Shown here: piece by piece, positions 53,686 through 64,000 of the stretch
Position numbering within the stretch: the first letter of the stretch is position 1
Layout of the letters: every line of letters begins with the position of its first letter
From: Chrysomallon squamiferum
Taxonomy: Eukaryota; Animalia; Mollusca
DNA: 64,000 nt
Direction: 5' to 3'
Assembly: GCA_012295275.1 (NCBI GenBank)
Contig: CM022669.1
Coordinates: 15,252,001 to 15,316,000 of the forward strand
Notes under the pieces: generated by a model
The model's database searches: none
Told to the model about the DNA's origin: nothing
The model's input: only the letters and a program-made list of their open reading frames with translations
Translations under genes and position numbers: made by a program

Positions 53686-55834
53686 GTCTTATATATCGTT
53701 TTTAAATTAAAGTATTTATGCAAATAGTAAAGTTTCATTAATATTTAACTGAATGTTTATTAGTAATTATTATTTCTGTCACATTATTTTTATTTTGTTA
53801 TTTTTATTGATAAATATTAGGCTGGATTTATTACCAAAGTTGGGGAAAGTGGAGCAGGCATGTATGTTGTTAGTATCCTTTGCACAAAAAAATTATTTAT
53901 TTGATTTTTTAAAGCAATTTAACTATATTTTTGTGCATATTTGTGTGTGTGCCTGTGTGCGTGTGTGCAAGTGTGTGCACATGCACATGTTTGTGTGAAT
54001 ACATATTGTGACTATACAGGTGTGTACATTTGTTTCTGAGCGTCTTGTCTCTTAGTATGTGTGTAAAGTCATCGACCTTTACATCGTGGATGATTCCTTG
54101 ACCGCTCTTCAGACATGTTGAAAGTCCTGACAGCTTTGTGTACTGCACATATCGAATCAGTGGTCCAGGAAAGGCAAGTGGATTGATTTTAAACTGAAAT
54201 CCATGTCGCTGTTTCCACTAAGAACAAAAATATTGAACAAATTTGAAAAAAAAAAAAAAATAATAATAATAATAACCATAGAGAACAAACCAATGTATCA
54301 ATTTTGAAATTATTGATTTTTAGTATGAGCAGTATTAATGACAGTATGTAAATGTTATGGATGTTATAAATATTTTATATTTCTGTCATAGTTTTTAGTT
54401 TAATATTTGAGCTAATATATATATATTTTTATACACAGACCTATGAAGCCAATTTTCAAGATACATATAAAATCTAGACATTTCACAATTTTAGGAACAA
54501 TGATCTAAAAGCCACTGATATTAAGTAATTTATTAAGTAATTTATATTATTAACATTAAAAAAAAATAATAATAATAAAAATTTGTTCTCTGATAATTTC
54601 CAAAATTTCTTTATAAATAAAAAAAATTATTTTTTTGTTATTCTGTTTTTGTTTTTCAGTTAGTTGATATTATTATTTAGAACCGAAATTATTTTGTTGT
54701 TTCAGGGGTCAGTGCATTTGTAGGTTGTTGTTCTTTATTTTGATGACTTAATGCATAATTCGGGTTTTTGATAATGTAATTTTATCCAAGTTTGTCCTTG
54801 TTGTAAAAATGAAATATGTTTCAGATTTGGTTCAAAGTGTTTGAGAATATTCAGAATTCTCCTACTGAAGAAGCAGATAGAGCAAAAACAGGTTTGTTTA
54901 TGGATGGTGTTTGGCGAGTTTAAGAAAGATTGAGAAGATGGGGTATATGAATTTGAGTTTTGGACTATTTAATATGTGTGTGTGTGTGTATGTGTAATAT
55001 GGTCTCAGATTATACAGAGAATATAGTGTTATTAGTAATTTGGTTAGCTATAATCATAAAAATTTAATAATTAAGAAAATATAAATAAGAAGGTTATATG
55101 ATAAGAAATGCATAGGCTCTGACAACCTGTATTGGAATTATAGCAAAATAGTCAATGTATAAAACAGTGGTGATAAACAGACAGACAGACAGCTGACAGT
55201 CAGACAGACAGACACACACACGCACACCACACAAATCTTGCATATTTAACTTGTCTATGATCACAAAAATACAGATATTCTATCGAATTTATTTATTGTA
55301 TTTATTACAGTTAATTCTGCACAAAAAAGTGTAATCGTCAATTTGAAAATGTTGATCAAATTAATCTGAGATTTAAATTTTGTATAAACTTTCATAAAAT
55401 GTTAACTTTTCTTTCTTACGTCAGATGTTCAGTTGTTGTTGGCTTTTGTTAAATAGGTTTTAACAGTTACATATTAACACTAACGTCAGAAATATAATTT
55501 ACGTCAGATTTTTTTTTTTTTTTTTTTTTTTTTATTCTCGAGGTTTTATGAAATATTGATAAAATGTTAAAATTCTAAGATATATAATTATACAGTACAG
55601 AAATTATTTAGATCTCTTGTTTCTCGTTTTGTATATATGGTCTCAGATTATACAGAGAACAATTTTTTATCAATATTTTGGTTAGCTACGATCATAAAAA
55701 TTTAATACTTCAGAAAATATAATTAAGAAAGCTATATGATACATTTAAACAGTGATCTCTGAAACCTGTATTGGAATTGTAGCCAAATAGCAACTGTATA
55801 AAACAGTATTGATAAACAGACAGATAACTGTCAG

Positions 55835-55869
<35 letters not shown>

Positions 55870-57431
55870 TTTTGCATATTTAAGTGGTCTGATAACAAAA
55901 ATATTGACATTCTATGGAATTTATTTTACAGTTAATTCTACACGAAAAAGGGTAATCTTCAATTTGCAAATATTGTTAAACACAATCTGAGATTTAAGAT
56001 TTGTACAAACTGTTAAGTGTTCTTGCTTACGGCATCTTTTTACGCCATTGTCAGCATTTGTTAATTAGCATTAACAGTTACATTCTAACACTGACGTCTG
56101 TGATATTAATTAACGTCAGAGACTGTGTCTTGTACAAAACAGGAAACACATTACGGACATTTTTTTTTGTGGGGAGTGGCTTGTTCTTGAGGTTTTATGA
56201 AATGCTGATAAAATAATAATAATTTTTTTATCTATATTATTGAGTTTTATTTATTTTAGAATTTAAATCATGTAAAGGAATGGTTATAAAATGATTTTTT
56301 TAGTGTATTCTTGGTTTATTTTCCAATCCAATATGTGCTCCAAATCTGGTTGTTAAAGATGAATCCTTTAGGATTTTTATTGTTGTGGGGTTTTGGTTTT
56401 TTTTTTATTGTTATTGTTGTTATTTCTTGGTGGGTTTTTTTTGGGGGGGGTCCAAATCCTAACCCTTGCCATAACCTTATTTGTAAAAATATGATAAATT
56501 CAAGATTTACTGAAATGTAAGTTATTTTAAATTTATCTTGACATTCATCAGAAATATATAGCTATATTATTTCTCATTATTATTTCTCAGATTGAGGATT
56601 ATGCCATGATACCGGCAAAAGAAGCCAAAGAGTTACTCTACACTTTAACAGAAAAGAATTTTATCACATTTACCGTAAGATTTTTGCAATTAGTTTTTGT
56701 TTGCACATAAAAAAAATGTTGATAATGATAATTTCTTGTTACTTTAAAAATATGATTTTGGTCATAACATATACTGGCAGATAATCATTAGGAGATAATC
56801 GTAATGCAAATTCATTTAACATACAAGAATACAATTTTAAATATATGAATGTATTAGAAGTACAGATGTATTTTACATGTGAAATTGTACCAAAAGTATT
56901 AATAATTGTGTGTGTGTGTGTGTGTGTGTGTGTCATGTGCATGTGTGTGTGTGTGTGTGTGTTTAATTTGGTAAGATATTTGTTTTGTATAAGATACAAA
57001 CAGTTTTATCTGCAGGAGATTTCAAAAACTGTTGATCATGCCCCATCTCGGACTTATTACCTTTTCAATGTCAACCTCATTCATGTTGCACGCATGTTGT
57101 TAGAACAGACATACAAGGTAAACGTTTTCTTTTTTTTCTTCAAAAAAACAATTGTAACATTCCCATGTAATAATATTCTTTAAACAATTTCATTTGTAAT
57201 TCATATTATACCTAAAAAAAAAAATTGTAATTTATAATTTATATATCTGTTGCAATACATTTTAAAATTTTAATTCAGTTTATAGTTAAGAAACATTTTT
57301 TTATGATTTGTCAGTTCAGTTTTAAATTCAGTGTATGATAGCATGGTTGTAGAACAAAATATGAATGATAAAAGTAAAATATGTAAATTGTTGTTTTGTT
57401 GAGTTTTTAAGTGGGTTTAGGGGGTCATTTT

Positions 57432-57464
<33 letters not shown>

Positions 57465-58240
57465 AATTTAGCTGTTTACCAGAGGAATTTATTAACATTT
57501 GATAGTATTTATAAATAAATTCAAAATGTTTGAAGTATATAGATTTCGTTTAATTTTTTTTAAATTAATTTTATTTGCTTATATATTTATATATTTATTT
57601 ATTTATTTATTCATTTAATTTTCCATCTAGTAATTTGGTTTCAGACAGTTTAATTTTAATATTTAACAATGACAATATTTATTTGTTGTTTGTTTGCAGG
57701 CTGCTGCCAATGCAATGATTAGGAGAGAAGTGGAAGTTAATGAACACAAGTAAGTTTGTTTGTTTGTTTCACTGCAGTCCAGAGGAATTTTGAATAAGCA
57801 AAACATTAAGAAACTCATGACTTACTTTCCACTAAAACCACAAAGAAATGCACTATGCCTTTTTGGCAGACTTTTTAGACAAATCAAAGAAACATCAGCA
57901 TTTGTTTGAGATTTTTTGATACAAATTTTATCAGACTTGTTAAGTATTATTTTGGACCATATTAGTAACCAGTCCAGAACCTCTATAAGTCTTTATTAAA
58001 TGGTGAGATGTAGAAAGGATTAAAGACTGTACTTTCCAGATGATAATACAGTTTTACTTTCATTAATAGTTGTAGATGCAGATGAATTTTAAAAAACAGA
58101 ATAAAATGAATAATAATTTTTTTTAAATATCACAGTTGAAGGACTGACATTTTTTATTTTCATTTTTTTTTTGATGACTTCACAATAGTGATAACATCTG
58201 TCTTTGATGGTAACATTATTCAATATATTTCAGTTTTATT

Positions 58241-58271
<31 letters not shown>

Positions 58272-58659
58272 GGTTTTGGCAGACGACTTTTAGACAAACA
58301 GGAGCGTTTGGAGGCAATAATCGCAACAGTGGTTGACGATGCTCAGAAAGAGGAATTAGAACAGATGATAACTCCACCAGAGAAAGCTCAGCTGGAAAAG
58401 GTTAAACGTGCAGTAAACAAGTAAGATTTAAATTTCATCATTGCTTTGTTACGTTTTGTAGACTATTTGTCAGTTGTGAACAAGCTGGTTTTAAATTGTG
58501 TATTTAGGCTGTTTTATGTAGAGTTTTAACAAATCTGTGTCCGTTTTATTTTGCAGACTGGACAATTGTGAAATTCAACTGGACGATACGATTTTTCTTC
58601 TGGAGACGTTTTTAGCTTACACCATGAAGCCACCTGTGCCTAAACCTAGCAAAACTTGA
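46840..58659 (+). CDS. POLR3C: DNA-directed RNA polymerase III subunit RPC3 (RPC62/C82), ~530 aa, 15 coding exons
   Basis: Exons: 46840-46986, 47520-47781, 48837-49010, 49495-49577, 50044-50139, 51658-51750, 53306-53386, 53821-53872, 54113-54173, 54825-54891, 56591-56674, 57016-57117, 57700-57749, 58283-58420, 58557-58659; frame-consistent. Hallmark peptides: LRFPRYIY, ELLVEELL, THFLQRC, RFHQHFRDQAI, SEIVRTMLR, LDQYL, ESVVQERFGS, AMIPAKEAK, DHAPSRTYYL, EIQLDDTIFLLE. Confidence 0.97.
49295..49470 (+). pseudogene. Two decayed tandem copies of POLR3C exon 4 and its acceptor
   Basis: GTTGTTGTAAAAAGATGTTACATCAAAGAGAA...CCATCAAAGAA and GTTGTGTAAAGTGTTTCATCAAAAAGAAAGTGATCTAT align with the real exon GTTGTTGTAG|AAGGTTTTACATCAAAAAGAAAAAGATCTAT...CCATCAAAGAA. 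Confidence 0.75.
52035..52586 (-). CDS. Nested antisense intronless ORF (183 aa from first ATG; frame open to a GTG at 52637) in POLR3C intron 6; unknown protein with RVxF-type motif
   Basis: Non-repetitive, GC/CpG-rich ORF in an AT-rich intron. A at -3 of the ATG, TATATAAATA at 52708-52699 and AATAAA at 51807-51802 on the same strand. Confidence 0.65.
   Translation of the reverse strand: MQVLGNKKNCCRVRISERPLSKTSSRHDTVEQCDSATTANRETWRIVSKYVLSCLEKEPMEINTARGDLLHGVLVSQKKRNGSSLNDFSMSDSSSDEEVKEMPSGNMKKPKKAVSWKDESQSGSLVEMVLPSESLANSVIKKIEHFIYKKSLDVDHQVIHSLYCDGFELYIINENYAVHKSVV
52624..52896. repeat. 3 x 91-bp tandem repeat
   Basis: Units start at 52624, 52715 and 52806 (GTGATTACGTCCACTCCTGA...TAGGCAGG); units 2 and 3 are nearly identical. 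Confidence 0.97.
52990..53265. repeat. ~6 x 44-bp AT-rich minisatellite (AATGTGTTTAATTAATGTTCTTCATTAATCTTTTGTTCTTAACT)
   Basis: Units start at 52990, 53034, 53078, 53119, 53163, 53207 and 53251. Confidence 0.95.
53873..54112 (+). other. POLR3C: U12-type (minor spliceosome) GT-AG intron, POLR3C intron 8
   Basis: 5' site GTATCCTTT; branch site TTCCTTGAC at 54094-54102, about 10 nt before the terminal AG; no long polypyrimidine tract; flanking exons join in frame (GMYVV-N-MLKVL). Confidence 0.92.
54174..54824 (+). other. POLR3C: GC-AG intron, POLR3C intron 9
   Basis: The donor AAG|GCAAGTG is required to join ESVVQE-R-FGSK in frame and is otherwise a perfect consensus. Confidence 0.88.
54997..56213. 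repeat. Tandem duplication of ~570 bp (period ~638 bp) in POLR3C intron 10
   Basis: ATATGGTCTCAGATTATACAGAGAA at 54997 and 55635; colinear through GAGGTTTTATGAAAT..TGATAAAAT. Confidence 0.92.
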
Positions 58660-59311
58660 TAAAAAATAAACTCTCTCAAATATTCTTACATTGGGTTTTT
58701 GTTTTTTTTCGCTGTATGTACGTTTGTGTATACGTTTGTGTCTGTATACGGGGATGTGTATATAATTCATGTTTGATAAATCATAGAATCCGTTTACTTT
58801 CTTTACTCTTTTTTTCTGGTTTTCAAATGTCCATTATTGTTTTATTTTATTAAATTTATCTTTTCAACTGTTTGATAATTTTATGGTTATTATTATTTAT
58901 TTATTTATGTGAAATTAAATTTTTAATGCTTTATTTAATTTGTTTTTACAAAAAAATTAAAATTAAAAAAATTATTTGCCGTAAGAACACAACAAAACAA
59001 ATTAAAATAAAAATCATTTATTATATGCTCTGTGAATCTGATTACTATCACTATCAGTGTTTGGTGCATCTTTTATAATCCAAACAGATTATGCTTTCTG
59101 AGAAAACCAGCAGAATTATAATATAGTGCTGGGATTGTGTAGGGAAATTGAATTAATCAATTTATTATTCACAACAAAACTGAATTCATGAATAATTTCC
59201 AGTATAATACGGCTTGGAGACAGTTTCTCCAACACAAACAAAATTGCCAAATTTATCAAGCTACATGAATATATTTTCTTGAGTCAACAACAACAACAAA
59301 AACATTAAATA

Positions 59312-59347
<36 letters not shown>

Positions 59348-61160
59348 CCTAATAATAACAAATATATAAACAAACAAAATGAGTCTAGATAATGAAGAAA
59401 TATTCTTTGTTTTAATCAGACTTCAAATTTCAGTAAAATATATTGCATAACATTACAATATTTTATTTTTATATTCATACTCCTAAATGATACATTTTAA
59501 TTATTAAAAATCTGTGCATCAGAGATGAAATATGTGTCTGCATAATACATCATAACAATCAGAAAAGTATTGTAATTTTTGTATATTTTATCTATATGTC
59601 TATATATATATATTATTTCACTAGGTTTTCTTCTAGCTGATAGAACTGAATATAGTAGATCTCAGTTTAAAATAAAAATGCTTCTAAATTACATTTAAGA
59701 CAGTATTCATATAAATGTACTACTAACATTTTGTTTTGTTTTTAATTAACATGATCTCTTTTAGACATAAATTCCATCTTTTGCCTGGTTGGTATAATTA
59801 TGTGTCAAATCGGACTCACGCAATAAGAATATTAAAGCTATTTCATGTTTCATTAATGTTGTAATATAGTTCATAATTTTCTCATTCGTAATATGATTAT
59901 TATTTAAAAATAAAAATGAAAAACTTTCGATCTTCATACTGCAATGTGGAATTGAAACAAAGTTACGTCTAACAACCAAAATAAACATCAGCAACTTCTA
60001 TTAAAAATAAATATTTCAAATCACTATCAAAAATATGTACAGACTGCTGCTAGAACGTCATTATCTAACGACGCAATAATATCACAAATTGTTTATGCAT
60101 TAAATAACGAATCAGTAAAGATTAAAAACAGTTATAAATTGTATTTATTACCTGTAATAAAAATATGAGTTTTCTGTTTAATTAAAAACATGATACCTGA
60201 CTGATTTAAATAAATGTTTATGCATGTACAAGTTTTCACTGTGGTTTGAAAAACAAAAATATATAATTGTAAAAGTGGTGAAAATGAATTTAAAAAATAA
60301 TTACCCCCTCAACCCAATACCCTCAAAACAACCACCCTGTTATGTTTCCATATAGTTTAGTCATTACTATACGTTTTAAAATAATAAACATTTAAAAGAT
60401 AAACTCAGTAATTATGACCTATTCTTTTTATACAGAAGTAGCTCATTGCAAACAAACATTAACTGGATATTAATGGATCTTAGAATGAAAACCCAAATTC
60501 TTCAGCATGCAGGTTATTTTCCATTTCACAAAAGTGCTTATTAAAGGACCATAGTATATTAGTAATAATCCCTGTTCCAATGGTAAAAAATACCCAGCAA
60601 TGGATATTTTATAGTCAATGTTAAAACTTTCAATGCCAAATTATGGAACAACACATATTTCCCAGCACCAGATATTTTGGTGAAAATTATCTAAGTGAAA
60701 TGTTCAGGCTTAACTTAAGCTACTACATTTTATCGAGATACCTTGTCAACGGCAGTTTTCTAGCTTCTTTAAATATCTTGTCAATGGCACCAACAATATT
60801 TAAAAAAATACTTTCTTTTTAAAACTTATCTGGGAATGGATTCTTTGTGTTTCTATCAGTTACAACTGGATATGAAGACAGCTGTTAATAATCTCTAACA
60901 TACTAATCATAACTGTTTAAACTATTAAGAAAAAATAAAAATTTTAAAAATCTGATTAATGTCCCATATTTTCTGAATATTAAGAATCATATATATATAT
61001 GTTATATATAATAATGTAATTCAAAAAGGTTAAATAATAATTGGAAAGAGATTCTGATTTCTAAGTTTTCTGAGTAACATTCAAACTGCAAATTTCTTTA
61101 TCTTTTACCTTTTTTTATATTAGAAAATAATAAATGAGTTACTGAACAAATAAAATTAAA

Positions 61161-61500
61161 ACAATTTTATAATAATTTTGATTATCATTATTCATGATAT
61201 ATGTGAGAAGTGTGTGTGTGTCTGTCTGTCTATCAGATTAAAATGAACTAAATTGTAAGGAACTTTACTAATCCTAAGAGACCACCAATGTATTTATTTT
61301 CAGGACTACTGAGAATTATTAATATTTTGTGCGTTATCAAACAATTTCATAACAATTTTGATTATCACTATTCGTAATATATATATCTGTATATAAAATT
61401 AAAATGAACTAAATTTTGACAAATATTAGTAAATCCTGAGAGACCACCAATCTAGTCTGTTGGAACCATGTTTAGGACTACTGAGAATCATTAATGCTTT
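61161..61500. repeat. Tandem duplication, period ~180 bp, in the probable MOCS2B 3' UTR
   Basis: Shared AATTTTGATTATCA, ATTAAAATGAACTAAATT, AATCCT.AGAGACCACCAAT, AGGACTACTGAGAAT. Confidence 0.85.
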
Positions 61501-61545
61501 CTTAGTTTTCTAGTTTTCTGAGTTATCTGTCTATGAGAAAACTGT

Positions 61546-62195
61546 TCAGTTTTCTTTGGTTTTATTTTCACTCCAGGCACATTCTTTGTTTTGTTTCCAT
61601 GAACTGGTTTCATCATCATATACTTCCTGAAACAAGACACATTAACAAAAATAAGATTTTATTACAAGTTCAGTTTATTTAATGTCATTATTTTTGTATT
61701 TTGTTTCCTTTGTATCACAGTTTAATACTGAATTTCTGATCTATTTTTCTAATTAAAACAAAAAATGCTAAAAATTAAAATGGTTCTTTGATGACACAAA
61801 CAAATACACTCTAAATACTTTTTGAGTATCTTTAAGTGACTGTACTAATTATCAACCTTTGCTAAAAATAAAGCATGATAATAATAAACAAATTTACAGA
61901 ATGAATGGAAGTTGATATTTATTTATTCTGTTGACACATGGTAAACAGAAAAAAATAAATGGATTTCTCAGACAGCTTAGCAATTATTTAATTAATTGTA
62001 TTGTCTTAAAACAATAGGAAAAAAAAATCACTAAAAAACAATAACACTGAATGTATCTAAAATACTCATATACACAGTTTGATCATTCAGTGATACTGAA
62101 TTGGACTATACCAAATTCAATAGTGTTTGTGTCATGAAATTTCCTTTAAAAATAATATTGTGTTATACTACTACTACTACTACTACTACATTAAT

Positions 62196-62235
<40 letters not shown>

Positions 62236-63528
62236 GTTGTTGTTATATTAAAATGTCCTTTGTAATTCTCATTATAACAATAACTGTAACTGACATCTAG
62301 CTGATTGGAAATGTCTTCTTATTTACATTTAAATGAAAAATATAACAAATTACCTTTTTCCAGATAGGGACTACTTCTTTTAACCTGTTAATGGCGTAGG
62401 ACACTGCTTCAAGTGATTCTGTTCTGTGTGCTGAGGATACTGCAATGATTATACTTGATTCAGCAACTGGAACAATGCTAAAATAAATTTAAACAGTATC
62501 TTGTAATACTATAAATCTACCCAACGATAAAACAACTAAGCTACAGCAAATATGTTTTCAGTTGTCATTTCTAACATCAATAATAATGTCTCAAGTATAA
62601 TAAGGCAAAATATTTTGTATTGTTAGCATTAAATAAAATTAATGATGTGAAAATTTTTTAAAATCAGTAAAAAAAATATCTTAAAATGGTAACCTGACAT
62701 TTCATGCATTTATCATTATTGTTGATATCTGAAACCTTAAACAGCAATTAAAAATCTGGATATGAATCGAAATGTGGACTCACCCTATCCGATGTTCAAT
62801 AGCAATATTCTCCACGTCCCACTTGTTTCTGATTTCCTTGCAAACCTCTGTCATCTTCTTTTTCGCCATGTCTTCATAAGCTTCATACTCCAGTTTGACT
62901 ACAGTTTTCTTATCACAATTGTCACGAGTAGTACCTTGAAATTGAAAAAAAATAAAATTGAAAAACAAATTCCTCTGGCTTCGTCTATTCCAGAATGAAA
63001 CAATTTTGATTTGTTTTGATAGATGAATAATTCAATGAATTACAGCAAATGTCTGGTGTGAAAATATCAGTTATAAATGTATATCAAATAAACTGTTTGA
63101 CTGTACTGAAATGTACTATGTGAAAAATAAAATATATTCATTTTTTGCTGGAACAAGGATTTCACAATAGGTTACGCCATTACTGCTGTGTATATTTCTA
63201 AATTTCAAATTAAAAACAAGTTTTCAGTATAAAAAAAAAAAAAAAAATGGAAAATAATTAAAAATGGAAACTGATTATAAACAAATAAATATTATTTAAA
63301 ACAGAAAAAAAAAATAATAATAAAAAATGTTGATACTGCTAACGAGGGATAAATTAACTCCCTTGTGGTTCAGTGTCTCTTTTTATTAATTCGTATTTTC
63401 AATTCATAAAATATGTAATATTTTTTTTTACCCATAAATGATGCTACTGCACCGCATCTTGGCGAGGTTACCAAACTTGTTAACTTTTCAATACTCAGTT
63501 TGTCCTCCCTAATAGCAACATGGTTCAT
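61546..63528 (-). CDS. MOCS2: Molybdopterin synthase catalytic (large, MoaE-like) subunit, ~150 aa, 4 coding exons
   Basis: Exons 63528-63432, 62934-62784, 62477-62354, 61626-61546; GT-AG, in frame. Motifs [53 protein letters not shown]. The acceptor at 63556 implies upstream exon(s), not identified here and possibly outside the window. Confidence 0.95.
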
Positions 63529-64000
63529 CCTTGACAGCAACACACACCTCAGTCTCTGCAACAACATCATTTAGAAATGAAAAAACTTATCCAAGTAGAT
63601 AAAAACAGTTTAAGAACGAGTCTGCTGTTATTGTTAGGGTTGTTTGGATGGATGGATGGATGAATGAATGAATGGATGGACAGAGGGATGGGTAAGTGAA
63701 CGAATGAGTTGATGGACTCATTAAGATGAAAAGAATTAGAGTGTTGAATACATTAATGACCGGATGAATGAATAGATGGAGTGTAGGAAATATAAAGCAA
63801 AAAACTGGGCAATGGATACAAATGAAAGAAATTTCTTATCTAATACTTTCTCAAAGCCAGAAATCTTATTTTATCACCATTAACTTTATGGCTAATAAGT
63901 TGATAGGTGTCATCACTGAACATTCTTCATTCAGTTACTACTTATCACTCATTTATTCACTCATTCGTTCACCTGTCAATTATTTATTCACTCGTTCACT

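Noticed and set aside
57860-57890. Short duplicate of the POLR3C exon 14 acceptor (TTTTGGCAGAC..TTTTAGACAAA)
   Set aside because: Similarity covers only ~25 bp with an indel; no sustained coding similarity or donor.
59700-61500. MBIP-like extension of MOCS2B (as in the Drosophila MoaE-MBIP fusion) or another gene between POLR3C and MOCS2B
   Set aside because: MOCS2B terminates at 61546. The short open frames (59761-59994 and ~60470-60690, minus strand) show no recognisable similarity and are probably 3' UTR.

Overview
AT-rich eukaryotic (metazoan, probably lophotrochozoan/mollusc by inference) genomic DNA with very many microsatellites; most entries in the ORF track are simple-repeat artefacts. 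Positions 1-31 kb contain no recognisable coding exon. They consist of microsatellites, small duplications, a probable TTAA-flanked MITE and about a dozen CpG-rich, motif-dense islands that look like enhancers. Positions 31-64 kb hold four genes, which I reconstructed by hand from splice sites and reading frame: an intronless six-TM GPCR-like ORF (+, 31907-32698); xylulose kinase XYLB (-, 46670-34314, 19 exons); RNA Pol III subunit POLR3C/RPC3 (+, 46840-58659, 15 exons, head-to-head with XYLB); and molybdopterin synthase large subunit MOCS2B (-, 63528-61546). The most interesting system is in XYLB. It carries two intact, diverged copies of exon 12, which encodes the S/TLGTSD segment, and they must be mutually exclusive because including both or neither creates a premature stop. 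An intronic element between them can base-pair either upstream, looping out exon 12A, or downstream, as in a docking/selector competing-RNA-structure switch. POLR3C also has a nested antisense intronless orphan ORF with a PP1-docking motif, a U12 intron next to a GC-AG intron, and two dead tandem copies of its exon 4. All homology calls come from my recollection of protein families, not from database searches.
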